A stretch of 64,000 nucleotides of DNA from Rhodanobacteraceae bacterium. GTDB taxonomy: Bacteria > Pseudomonadota > Gammaproteobacteria > Xanthomonadales > Rhodanobacteraceae. Under the pieces are notes generated by a model. It was not told where the DNA came from, searched no databases, and worked only from the letters and a program-made list of their open reading frames with translations. Positions 18,301 to 26,774 of the stretch are shown in pieces; position 1 is the stretch's first letter; every line of letters begins with the position of its first letter. Location of the stretch: the NCBI GenBank assembly GCA_049583635.1, contig JBAUWF010000066.1:603-64602 (forward strand). Direction: 5' to 3'. The position numbers and the translations under genes were made by a program.

Positions 18301-19754
18301 AGAATCCGCTCGATCCGCGTTTCAATTTTCGCCGCGAGGTGGACTACTGCTCGGGCGCCGCCATCGTGCTGCGTCGCGAGGTGTTCGACCGGCTCGGCGG
18401 ATTCGACGCACGCTACGCGCCAGCCTACTACGAAGACACCGACTTCGCGTTCAAACTGCGTGCAGCGGGGCTCAAGACATTCTACGAGCCGGCCGCGACG
18501 GTGATGCACTTCGAAGGCGCTACTGCCGGCACCGACACGACCGGCGGCATCAAGCAGCATCAGGTGATCAATCGCGATACCTTCCTCGCCAAATGGAAGG
18601 ACGCACTCGCCGCCCAGCCCGCCCCCGGAACGAAAACTGCGCAAGCGGCAACCTGGCGCGCAACCAGACGCGTACTCATCATCGATGCGACCGCGCCGAC
18701 GCCGGACATGGATTCGGGCTCGCTGCGCATGACCAATCTGATGCGGATCCTGCACCGGCATGGTTGCCAGGTAACCTTCCTTCCCGACAACCGCGCCTGG
18801 ATCGAGCGCTATACACCGGCGTTGCAGGCTCTCGGCGTCGAAGCGCTGTATCACCCGTTCGTGTCTGATCCGATCGCGCTGTTCCGCGACCGCGGCGGCG
18901 AGTTCGACGTGATCGTGCTGTCACGACATTACGTGGCGGCGGGCTATGTTGGTCTTGCGCGACTTTACGCGCCACGCGCGCGACTCGTGTTCGACACGGT
19001 CGATCTGCATTATCTGCGCGAGGAGCGCGCGGCCGAACTCGACAACCGGCCGGAACTGCTGCGTCACGCGGCGGCGACGCGCGCGCAGGAACTCAAGATC
19101 ATGCGCGAGTGCGATGTGACTCTGGTGGTCAGTCCGATCGAGCAGGAATTGCTGGCGATCGACGCAGCCGACGTCAAGGTCGAAGTGCTGAGCAACATAC
19201 ACGCGATCCACGGTTGTCGAACACCATTCGACCAACGCCGTGATCTGGTTTTCGTCGGCGGCTTCCAGCATCCGCCCAATATCGACGCGGTCGCATGGCT
19301 GGTGCGCGATGTCCTGCCACTGGTCGAACCCGATCTGCCCGACGTGCGCGTCCACATCATCGGCAGTCGCATGACTGGTTCCATCGAGGCACTCAAGAGT
19401 GCCTCGGTGCTGATTCACGGCTATGTCGAAGATATTGCGCCATACATGGATGGCTGCCGCATCGCGCTTGCGCCGCTGCGCTACGGCGCCGGCGTCAAGG
19501 GCAAGGTCAATCTGGCAATGAGCTACGGCTTGCCGGTTGTCGCGACATCCTGCGCCGTCGAAGGCATGCACGCGCGTGCCGGCGAGGACGTGTTGGTCGC
19601 CGACGGACCGGAAGAGTTCGCGGCCGCAATCGTTCGCTTGTACAACGATGAGGCACTGTGGCAGCGACTGTCGAGCAACGGGCTCGATAACGTGCGCAGA
19701 CATTTTTCGTTCGAAGCCGCGCAACGCGTCGTCGCCCGGGTGTTCGGTCTCTGA
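15372..19754 (+). CDS. giant multidomain glycosyltransferase (GT-A-like N-domain + GT-B/GT4 + coiled coil + GT2 + second GT-B)
   Basis: The track ORF 15291..19754 overlaps the upstream gene, so I chose in-frame GTG 15372, 17 nt after that gene's stop (start uncertain). GT4-like: VLLHVLHGWGGGAERW ... ETFSYTLSELRALGLPVVAT. Coiled coil plus SRSWRLTAPVRA at about 17425-17650. GT2: VSIVVPVFNQ, VIVVDDASSD, LFLNNDT, YYEDTDF. C-terminal GT-B: RVLIIDATAPTPDMDSGSLR ... GAGVKGKVNLAMSYGLPVVAT. Confidence 0.85.
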   Translation: MPQPPPRCLRICLFGSAAPAAAALQSLQAQVARSTTLIRIDARATGSSNHDIETLHAATDGYLAAVQCAAARFRGDDLILVDTRTLASGSAGIPPYACERLLRALDEPDVLVASTLDDVARNPLPQGKHADVDAFRIDALCYAYSARRLIDDSAFGHAPPLLSAWHGRRLATFESERLCETDTLQSLGLRAVVLDHLFVSSFAKSSDPCASSTACGRTVDRSLLHADDVRDPVPPSPLAELRERIATALPGNAVPGRPGLDDRPVLLHVLHGWGGGAERWVRDYARADGDAQHLALIARGSVARQRHGEWLELHDGRLEGPPLRRIPLAQPIADTALANAGYQAILAELITAYSIDAIVLSSLIGHSLDVLRTGLPTSRVVHDHYPLWPLLHRDFGDPALRFDDAQRARDLAGVGADREFAESDPQYWKRLRDSTVADLCNARAVLLAPSRSALANDLRLAPELRDLPQHVIAHGFAWPQTAPRAPLPPTRERLRLVLPGRIRRGKGADLLGAALPGLLEHAELFLLGAGSDAHALFGRRGVHVLLDYPHETLPVLIERLRPDAALLLPTVAETFSYTLSELRALGLPVVATCVGALAERIDDTVDGFLVDPDAHAVVALVAGLAADRSPLARVRATLTDWHEPEPIDSAARYSAVFTLGRRPIARYPLAAPDARALETADLFDCIRRSHERERALVREVAALGAESDRRGEWGHALDAALTERTRWALELDAQLQDIKPRYEQMLASRSWRLTAPVRAATARLRAVAAGATFRMMRLRGAMRRLRGSLAQRGVLATLRRVGQELRVGAPRTTRRTLATPREDFAPFGLPTSDTPHVSIVVPVFNQIAYTTACLRSLAEHAGETAFEVIVVDDASSDATARRLGNITGARVLRNAENLGFVGSCNAGAASARGEFVLFLNNDTVVTEGWLEHLLRCFDEEPDCGMVGAKLVYPDGRLQEAGGIVFNDGSAWNYGRFENPLDPRFNFRREVDYCSGAAIVLRREVFDRLGGFDARYAPAYYEDTDFAFKLRAAGLKTFYEPAATVMHFEGATAGTDTTGGIKQHQVINRDTFLAKWKDALAAQPAPGTKTAQAATWRATRRVLIIDATAPTPDMDSGSLRMTNLMRILHRHGCQVTFLPDNRAWIERYTPALQALGVEALYHPFVSDPIALFRDRGGEFDVIVLSRHYVAAGYVGLARLYAPRARLVFDTVDLHYLREERAAELDNRPELLRHAAATRAQELKIMRECDVTLVVSPIEQELLAIDAADVKVEVLSNIHAIHGCRTPFDQRRDLVFVGGFQHPPNIDAVAWLVRDVLPLVEPDLPDVRVHIIGSRMTGSIEALKSASVLIHGYVEDIAPYMDGCRIALAPLRYGAGVKGKVNLAMSYGLPVVATSCAVEGMHARAGEDVLVADGPEEFAAAIVRLYNDEALWQRLSSNGLDNVRRHFSFEAAQRVVARVFGL

Positions 19755-19891
19755 GTTTGTCGCCGCGATGCGCGCCGCGTTGGTTTGTTCGCCCGCTTGG
19801 AAATGCGTTGCTACCCTCGCCCGATGCGACGCTGTCGCAACGCTTCCCGTCGCCTCGGCGGTAAGCAGGCCCTTGGCTGTTTGTGCTTCGT

Positions 19892-19934
19892 TTCTCTCAC
19901 CTGATGCGACGGCGTCGCATCAGGGGCAAGAGAA
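19892..19934. terminator. long GC hairpin between convergent genes (probable bidirectional terminator or REP type 2)
   Basis: CCTGATGCGAC-ggc-GTCGCATCAGG is a perfect 11-bp stem, extended by TTCTCT/AGAGAA. A weaker related hairpin (TGCGAC-gct-GTCGCA) lies near 19825-19842. There are no clean U-tracts. Confidence 0.45.
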
Positions 19935-19968
19935 AAGAACCGCCATACAATCAGGCGGCGTGGGCCGC

Positions 19969-22500
19969 TTATCCGTGCGACTGTGACAGCGAGCGCAGTT
20001 TTGCGTCGAGCGTCGCCAACCGTGGATTGTTCGGACTCAGTTTGCGCGCCGCGTCGAGCGCTCGTCCAGCCTCCTCCGTACGGCCCTCTATGAGTCGTGC
20101 TTCGGCCTGGTCGAGAAGCGCCGTGGTCAGGCGCGCGCTCATATCGGCAATGGCGGGTTCCGTCGGAGCGAGCTGGCGTTCCGCATCGAGCAATCCGCGC
20201 GCCCGAAACGGCATGTTCTGCTTGAGGGCCTGATCGAACAGTTCACGCGCGCGCGCCGCCAGGCGAGCGAGACCGTCCAGCGCCGAGGCATTGTCGCGAT
20301 CGATGGCCAGCGCCGCACGGTACTTGTCGTAAGCGCTGTCGCCCGGTGGAACGATCAGTTTGCCGGCAGCGGCCGCAGCGCCGGCCTGCGCCACGAGGGC
20401 GGCGACGCGCTGCGCATCCGCCGCTGAAACCGGAGCCGGCGCGGCAGCCAAGGCGAGTCGTTCGCGCAGCTCGCGCAAATTGGATTTCGCTTCACGCAAT
20501 GCAGGCAGATCGGGCGCAAGCGCGGTGGCTTGGTCCAGCAGAATTTTCGCGCGATCGACATGATCGTCATCGATCGCCGAAACGGACTGCCTCACCAGCG
20601 CCCGTGCCACGTCGCGCAATCCCGCTGCCGCGTGCCGGTTACCAGGATCGGTTTGTTGCGCGGACTCGAACAGCGCACGCGCCGAACCCGCGCCGCCGAC
20701 GAGATTACCCGCATGCAATTGTTGTTCGGCGCGCTCGACCAGCGCGCTCACGTGCGCGCTTTGTGCTTCGCGCGCCTTGGTGATCTGGCCGAGCACGTCC
20801 GGCAGTCCCGGATAAGTCGGCAAGATCCGTCCGATATCGTCAGCGCGCGCCGTCGCGCCCGCAAGATCCCCCGCAGCCAATGCCGTGCGCGCCTGTTCCG
20901 CCAGCGCGTCGGCGCATTTCCCCAGTCCGGCCTTGGCCAGCGCGCTGCCCTTGTCTGCCTCGAGCAGATGCTGGTACAGCGCGGCAGCGCCATCCGGTCC
21001 GAGGATGTGTCCGGTCGCCAGCGCGGTATCGGCCTGATCGAGGATCGCCTGGGTCCTGGTGTCGCGCGCTTCGATCTGTTTGAGATCCCGCTCGACCGAC
21101 TCGATGGCGGGACCACCACCGAGCAGATCTCGCGCCGCGTCCAGCGCCTGGCGCGCGGCCCCCACATCCTGCCGCGCGAGCGCAGCGCGGGCGCGTTCGA
21201 CCAGCTTCTGCCCGACCGCGCGCAAGCCCGCGCGCGCGACATCGTTGTCCGCGTCCTCGGCCTGCACCTGCTTGAACAGCTCGCTGGCACTGGTGCCATC
21301 GGTACCGATCAGCTTGCCGGCGACCAGTGCGGACTGCGCGCGCGCCAGGGTCGCATTCAACTCGGTGCGCGGCAACAGCTGCCGCAGACGGTCCTGGTAG
21401 TGCCACGCCGCCGCGCCGACGAGGACAACGAAAAGCGCCAGCACGAGCGCTACCGTTCGCCTGCCGCGACGCCGCCCGCGCACACGAATGCGCCCCTGCT
21501 CGGGTCGCTTGGCGCGCATGACGCCGTCATCGACCGCGGCGACAATCTGGTCGAGTCGTCCCAGGTTCGGGTCCACACGCGATCGATTGGCGCCGGCACC
21601 ACTATCGCCTTGCGGCGCAAATGGAACCGGCGAAACAAAGGTGTCGGCGGTGGTCTTGTGGGTGACGTCCTGTGGCAATCCCAACGCATCCAATGCACCG
21701 GCGTTGATACGCGCCTCGTACGCTGCAATCGCCGCCGCAGCTTCGTTGCCCGTTTGAAAGCGATCATCAGGCTCCTTTGCCAGCAGCTTGTCGATCAGCG
21801 GCTGCAACGCGGCGGCGGATTCCGGCAGCGCCGGCACCGGTTCGGTAATGTGCATGATGCCGACCGCAAGCGAATCCTCGGCCTGATAGGGCACGCGTCC
21901 GACCAGAAGTTCGTACAGCACGATGCCGAGGCTGTAGATATCGCAACGACCGTCAATCTGCTTGCCACGGGCCTGCTCCGGACTCATGTAGTGCGGCGTA
22001 CCGACCACCGCACCGGTCTTGGTCATGCGACTGACCGAATCGCTCGCCCGCGCAATGCCGAAGTCGGTCAGGGCGGCGGAGCGGTCGTCGCGTAGCAGGA
22101 TGTTGTCGGGCTTGACGTCGCGATGAATGAATCCCTTTTCGTGCGCGTAGTTGAGCGCCGTCGCAATTTCGCGCATGACGCGCAGCGCGAACGGCACTTG
22201 ACGCGAAACACCGTCCTTGGTAAGCACAGGGCCGCCGGCAAGATATTCCATCGCGATGTAGTGATAGTCGCCCGCGCGCCCCACGTCATGGACGCCGACG
22301 ACGTGACGATGATGCAGTCTGGCGGCGATCTTGGCCTCGCGCAGAAAACGCGCACCGAAATTCGGATCGGCCAGCAGCGCAGGGGACATGACCTTGAGTG
22401 CGACCTCGCGATCCACGGATTGCTGGATCGCCAAGTACACCGTTGCCATGCCGCCACGGCCCAATTGGCGCAGCAGGCGGTAGCCGGGGATCTCGATCAC
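19969..22500 (-). CDS. Hanks-type Ser/Thr protein kinase with a single TM helix and repeat-containing extracytoplasmic domain
   Basis: 843 aa. GRGGMATVYLA, VALKV, HRDVKPDNILL, DFGIA, GTPHYMSPE. TM helix TVALVLALFVVLVGAAAWHY. Then four degenerate ~100-aa repeats. Confidence 0.9.
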   Translation of the reverse strand: MIEIPGYRLLRQLGRGGMATVYLAIQQSVDREVALKVMSPALLADPNFGARFLREAKIAARLHHRHVVGVHDVGRAGDYHYIAMEYLAGGPVLTKDGVSRQVPFALRVMREIATALNYAHEKGFIHRDVKPDNILLRDDRSAALTDFGIARASDSVSRMTKTGAVVGTPHYMSPEQARGKQIDGRCDIYSLGIVLYELLVGRVPYQAEDSLAVGIMHITEPVPALPESAAALQPLIDKLLAKEPDDRFQTGNEAAAAIAAYEARINAGALDALGLPQDVTHKTTADTFVSPVPFAPQGDSGAGANRSRVDPNLGRLDQIVAAVDDGVMRAKRPEQGRIRVRGRRRGRRTVALVLALFVVLVGAAAWHYQDRLRQLLPRTELNATLARAQSALVAGKLIGTDGTSASELFKQVQAEDADNDVARAGLRAVGQKLVERARAALARQDVGAARQALDAARDLLGGGPAIESVERDLKQIEARDTRTQAILDQADTALATGHILGPDGAAALYQHLLEADKGSALAKAGLGKCADALAEQARTALAAGDLAGATARADDIGRILPTYPGLPDVLGQITKAREAQSAHVSALVERAEQQLHAGNLVGGAGSARALFESAQQTDPGNRHAAAGLRDVARALVRQSVSAIDDDHVDRAKILLDQATALAPDLPALREAKSNLRELRERLALAAAPAPVSAADAQRVAALVAQAGAAAAAGKLIVPPGDSAYDKYRAALAIDRDNASALDGLARLAARARELFDQALKQNMPFRARGLLDAERQLAPTEPAIADMSARLTTALLDQAEARLIEGRTEEAGRALDAARKLSPNNPRLATLDAKLRSLSQSHG

Positions 22501-22730
22501 GTTTCACATCCGCGCTGGTGAGCCCGTGCGGCACGACCAGTCGTACCCCCGGGCCGGAATATGCGCGGCAAGCATAGCATGCGATATCGGCGCGCCAGCC
22601 CCGGTTTCTGCAGGTCTGACAGCGGTTCCAGAGGCACGCCAGAACCATACAACCGACACATGTCGTCTCTCATGGTGGCGACGGATGCCTGACTGGAATC
22701 TCTGACATCGGCGCACTGGTTCGGAGCTTC

Positions 22731-24935
22731 CTACCCGAGCCGGCGCGCCTCTGTAACGTTCGGCACGTTGAGCAGTCGGGTCAGCAAGCCACTCAACTGG
22801 GCAAAATCCCTGACCCGCAACGCAAAGCGCATTTCAGCGAGGCTGGTATCCGGATCCACGCCCATCGTCGCAGCGAGCAAGTTGACCTCGCCGGCCGCAA
22901 TGACGTTGCTGACATCCTTGTGCAGCCATTTGCGGTCGTAACCCTTGACCATGATGTCGACCTCATAGGCCTGCCCGCGGCGGTCGCCCCACTCGACCTC
23001 GATGACACGACCGGCATCACGTGCGCGCAATCTCGATAGTTGCTTGCAATCGCCGCGATGCACCGATACGCCGCGTCCGCGTGTGATGAATCCCGCGATC
23101 CGGTCGCCCGGCAACGGTTGGCAGCAGCGCGCAAGCTGCGTCAAAAGGTTGCCGACGCCGTCAATCGTGATCGCATCGGTCGCTGCCTTGCGCGTTCTTG
23201 CCACCGTCGGCGCAGCCGCCGCAGGACGATCCGGTTGCGCGGCCTCATGCAGCGTGCGCGCAACTTGTCCCGGCGTGATGTCCCCAAGTGCCAGCGCTTC
23301 GAACAAATCGTCGGCAGACTTCATCTGGAATTTTGCGGCCAGACCGTCGAGTTCGACCTGGTGCAGGGCCAACCGCTTGAGTTCGCGATCGAGCACGACC
23401 CGACCTGCAGCAAGATTCTGGGAGCGATCGATGCGCTTGAACCATGCGCGTACCTTTTCCCGCGCACGGTGGGTATTGAGCAGGCCGTGTTGCACGGCCA
23501 GCCAATCGCGGCGCGGAGCGCTCACCTTGCCGGTCAGTATCTCCACGCGATCACCGCTGAGCGGTTGATGATGCAGCGGCACGATGCGGCCGTTGACCTT
23601 GGCGCCACGGCAGCGATGGCCGACGTCGGTATGGATGCTGTACGCGAAATCGATAACGGTCGCGCCTCGTGGCAGATCGATCACCTCGCCCTTCGGCGTC
23701 AACAGATAGACGCGATCCTCGAGCACATCGGTACGAAACCCCGCGAGCAGTGCCGCGTCATCGTCGTCAGCGTCCTTGTTTTCGAGCAGCTGGCGCATCC
23801 AGGCAATTTTGCGTTCGAACCCGCTGTCGGCGCGCCCGCCTTCCTTGTAACGCCAGTGCGACGCAATGCCGAGTTCGGCCTGCTCGTGCATGTCGTGCGA
23901 GCGGATCTGCACTTCGAGGTTGCGGCCGACCGGACCGACCACCGCCGTATGCAGCGATTGATACTGGTTGCCCTTGGGGTTGGCGATGTAATCGTCGAAT
24001 TCGCCCGGCACATGCGGCCACAGCGAATGGACGATGCCGAGCGCGGCATAGCACGTCGCCACATCGACGACCAGAACGCGCAGCGCGCGCACATCGTAGA
24101 GATCGGAAAACTCGACGCCCTTGCGCTGCATCTTGCGCCAGATCGAATAGATGTGCTTCGGGCGACCGGCTACATCGGCCTTGATGCCGGCGTCGAAGAG
24201 CGCGTGTGCAAGCGTCTTGCGCGCATTTTCGATCCAGGCCTCGCGATCGTCACGACGTTCGTCGAGCAGCCGCGCAATGCGCTGATAGGTATCCGGTTGC
24301 AGATAGCGAAATGCGAGATCCTCGAGTTCCCACTTGAACTGCCAGACACCGAGACGATTCGCCAGCGGCGCATGCATGTCCGCTGTCAACCGCGCCAATC
24401 TCCGACGCTCAACCTCGTCCGCGTAGGCCGCCGCACGCATGCGTACAAGCTGACGAGCGAGAAGGATGAGCACCACGCGCAGGTCACGCACCATCGTCAG
24501 CAACAACCGACGCAGGCCCTCGGACGCACCGACAGCGGTTGTTCCGTGCAGGGAAAAGATGCGCTCGGCGGCTCGTTGCCCTTCAAGCAACACTCGCACA
24601 TCGTCGCCGATTCCGCCGGATTCCTCGTCACCGGGCACGAGTCCGATGCCCTCGAGTGCATGGAAGACGCACGCAACGATCGGTTCGGGCCCGACCTGCA
24701 GGGCGCCGAGCAACTCGATGACTGCGGTGAGTTCAGCCTCGCTCCGCCGCCATGCGTCACGCAGCGCACCAGGATCGACGTTGCCCACTGACACGCGACG
24801 CAGAACCGAGGCCAGCACGCGCCTGTCGAGTAGATCGGGCCACGCCCGAGTCGCCTGGATCAGGCTCGCTTCGATCTCGCAGGCAAAGGAATTACCGCGC
24901 AGCGCGTGATCGGACTTGGCGCTAGTACTGACCAC
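22731..24935 (-). CDS. relA: GTP pyrophosphokinase / (p)ppGpp synthetase I
   Basis: GRPKHIYSIWRKMQRKGVEFSDLYDVRALRVLV, ANPKGNQYQSLHTAV, then TGS and ACT-like C-terminal regions. The track start 25175 overlaps the upstream gene by 250 nt. GTG 24935 gives 734 aa and places the GRPKHIY motif about where it sits in E. coli RelA. ATG 24983 is the alternative. Confidence 0.9.
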   Translation of the reverse strand: MVSTSAKSDHALRGNSFACEIEASLIQATRAWPDLLDRRVLASVLRRVSVGNVDPGALRDAWRRSEAELTAVIELLGALQVGPEPIVACVFHALEGIGLVPGDEESGGIGDDVRVLLEGQRAAERIFSLHGTTAVGASEGLRRLLLTMVRDLRVVLILLARQLVRMRAAAYADEVERRRLARLTADMHAPLANRLGVWQFKWELEDLAFRYLQPDTYQRIARLLDERRDDREAWIENARKTLAHALFDAGIKADVAGRPKHIYSIWRKMQRKGVEFSDLYDVRALRVLVVDVATCYAALGIVHSLWPHVPGEFDDYIANPKGNQYQSLHTAVVGPVGRNLEVQIRSHDMHEQAELGIASHWRYKEGGRADSGFERKIAWMRQLLENKDADDDDAALLAGFRTDVLEDRVYLLTPKGEVIDLPRGATVIDFAYSIHTDVGHRCRGAKVNGRIVPLHHQPLSGDRVEILTGKVSAPRRDWLAVQHGLLNTHRAREKVRAWFKRIDRSQNLAAGRVVLDRELKRLALHQVELDGLAAKFQMKSADDLFEALALGDITPGQVARTLHEAAQPDRPAAAAPTVARTRKAATDAITIDGVGNLLTQLARCCQPLPGDRIAGFITRGRGVSVHRGDCKQLSRLRARDAGRVIEVEWGDRRGQAYEVDIMVKGYDRKWLHKDVSNVIAAGEVNLLAATMGVDPDTSLAEMRFALRVRDFAQLSGLLTRLLNVPNVTEARRLG

Positions 24936-26001
24936 CGCTGCGTTGACCGCATCCGCCAACCGGCCAGCACCCGAAGGTGACATCGTCACCGACGAACGCG
25001 TCACCGGTATCGATGGAGCCCGGAACATCCTGGCCGACGAAAATCGCGGCCGCGACAATCGGAGCCGGTTGTTGCGGCAACCCGGACGCCGTGACATAAC
25101 GGTGCACGAGTACGTAACGCACGATCGAAGCGGATACCTCGGACAGGTCGAACGGGACGTACACGATTCCGTCACCGGCCGGTATCGGGCCGGTCACCGT
25201 CACGTTGCCGGATGGCGCGCCGGGGCACGGCGCGGTCAAGTCCGAAAATGGCGTGGTGGACACGCAGTAATCGCCAAAATCCGACTGATTGCCCGGATCG
25301 GCGCCGAGATAATGACCGTGATACGCATCGCGCACCGTGACCGGAACGGTAATGCCGCTCGCATCGCTGTTGATCGTGGCGCCGAACTCAAACGTGTAGC
25401 CGACCTTCTCTTGACCACCATCGAGATACTCCCGCACGTCCATGCACGTTGCGGACGGATCGCCACCGCTGCACGACGTCGTGCCGGCGGTATAGACATC
25501 GACAGCCACCTCGGTGTGCTTGCGCGGCAACGTCTGGTTGAAACCGGCGTCGTCGAAACCTTGATAGAAGAGTCCGTCGGCATACGGTGACGGCACCTGC
25601 CCCGCCGCGTTGATTGAATGACACACCAGACTCGAACCGGTGATGCCCTGGTTGATCTTGAGTACCGTGCTGCCGGAACCATAACTGAGCGTTTGCAGGT
25701 CGCTCGCCGATGGCAACTGCCACTCGCTGTCGTGATACGTCAATAGAATCGATCGCTGCGGCACCGCCGGCGTGCCAGCATTCGCGCAGAACAGCGGCCC
25801 GTCGGTCTGTACCAGCAGGCTGGAGCCGTCGTAGCTGAAGGTGCCTTGCGCCCACAGGCTCAATGCGGTGCCGTTGTTGATCGTTATGCTCACATCGGAG
25901 CCTTGCGTGGCCGATGCCGGAAGCGCGACCAGCGCGCTGATGGCGAAACCGGCCAACAGACCTATCACACGCTTGCTTGAAATCATATTCGGACTGCTCA
26001 T
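24922..26001 (-). CDS. secreted protein of unknown function
   Basis: 359 aa from ATG 26001 (or 25986). Signal peptide MISSKRVIGLLAGFAISALVALPASA. Ser/Thr/Gly-rich and beta-looking, with several Cys. Its stop (24922-24924) lies inside the first codons of relA. Confidence 0.65.
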   Translation of the reverse strand: MSSPNMISSKRVIGLLAGFAISALVALPASATQGSDVSITINNGTALSLWAQGTFSYDGSSLLVQTDGPLFCANAGTPAVPQRSILLTYHDSEWQLPSASDLQTLSYGSGSTVLKINQGITGSSLVCHSINAAGQVPSPYADGLFYQGFDDAGFNQTLPRKHTEVAVDVYTAGTTSCSGGDPSATCMDVREYLDGGQEKVGYTFEFGATINSDASGITVPVTVRDAYHGHYLGADPGNQSDFGDYCVSTTPFSDLTAPCPGAPSGNVTVTGPIPAGDGIVYVPFDLSEVSASIVRYVLVHRYVTASGLPQQPAPIVAAAIFVGQDVPGSIDTGDAFVGDDVTFGCWPVGGCGQRSGGQY

Positions 26002-26289
26002 CGTGGATTCAATGGAAATCAGAAATGCTTCGGTGCATTCTGGGGATGCACGGTCGCGTTGAATCGCCCGCGGGTTCCACCGGAGCAGTGCGTCCATCCG
26101 GTGCGTCCTTGCCGTGGTTCGACCCGGCCGGTCCTTCCCGTACGCCGACAGGGTACGTCATGCTATGCTTTCGCGACACTGCCGCGCAGCGAGCATATGG
26201 GTTACATTGTATTTGCAAACCCCATGTTGTACAAGGGTTTTTCAGGCGTTTTTCAGCGTGCCAACCCTTCTATCTGACCGCCACCCGCC

Positions 26290-26742
26290 ATGCAAAAGTT
26301 TCTGCTTTCGATCACGCTTGTGGCACTGAGCCAGATCTGCGCTGCGCAAACCGGCGCATCGACACTGGAAGAACGTATGCCGCAGGCTGCGTTCCGCGCC
26401 GCCGGTCTAGACAAGCTCTCGCTGGTCGAACTCAAGTACCTCAACGAATGGCTGGCCGCGCATGGCGGGACCACGCGCGCACGCGCTCCTGGAGACTTCT
26501 ACTCCGACTCCGGCGATCGCGAAATGATCGAAAGCCACATCAGCGGCGATTTCTACGGCTGGCGCGGCAAGACCGTGTTCACGCTCGACAACGGCCAGAA
26601 ATGGGTGCAGGCGGAGTCGGGCCAGTTCGATGTGCGTCCGCTCACGCACCCGGCCGTGAAGATCAAGCCCATGGTCCTCGGCAGTTGGCTGATGTATGTC
26701 GATGGCTGCGGCTGCAATCTGCGCGTCAAGCGCATCCAGTAA
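26290..26742 (+). CDS. small secreted protein of unknown function
   Basis: 150 aa. Signal peptide MQKFLLSITLVALSQICAA. Genome-typical codon use. I recognise no family. Confidence 0.6.
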   Translation: MQKFLLSITLVALSQICAAQTGASTLEERMPQAAFRAAGLDKLSLVELKYLNEWLAAHGGTTRARAPGDFYSDSGDREMIESHISGDFYGWRGKTVFTLDNGQKWVQAESGQFDVRPLTHPAVKIKPMVLGSWLMYVDGCGCNLRVKRIQ

Positions 26743-26774
26743 CGCGCGCTTCGATCGCGGCCGGCGCCGAGTTG

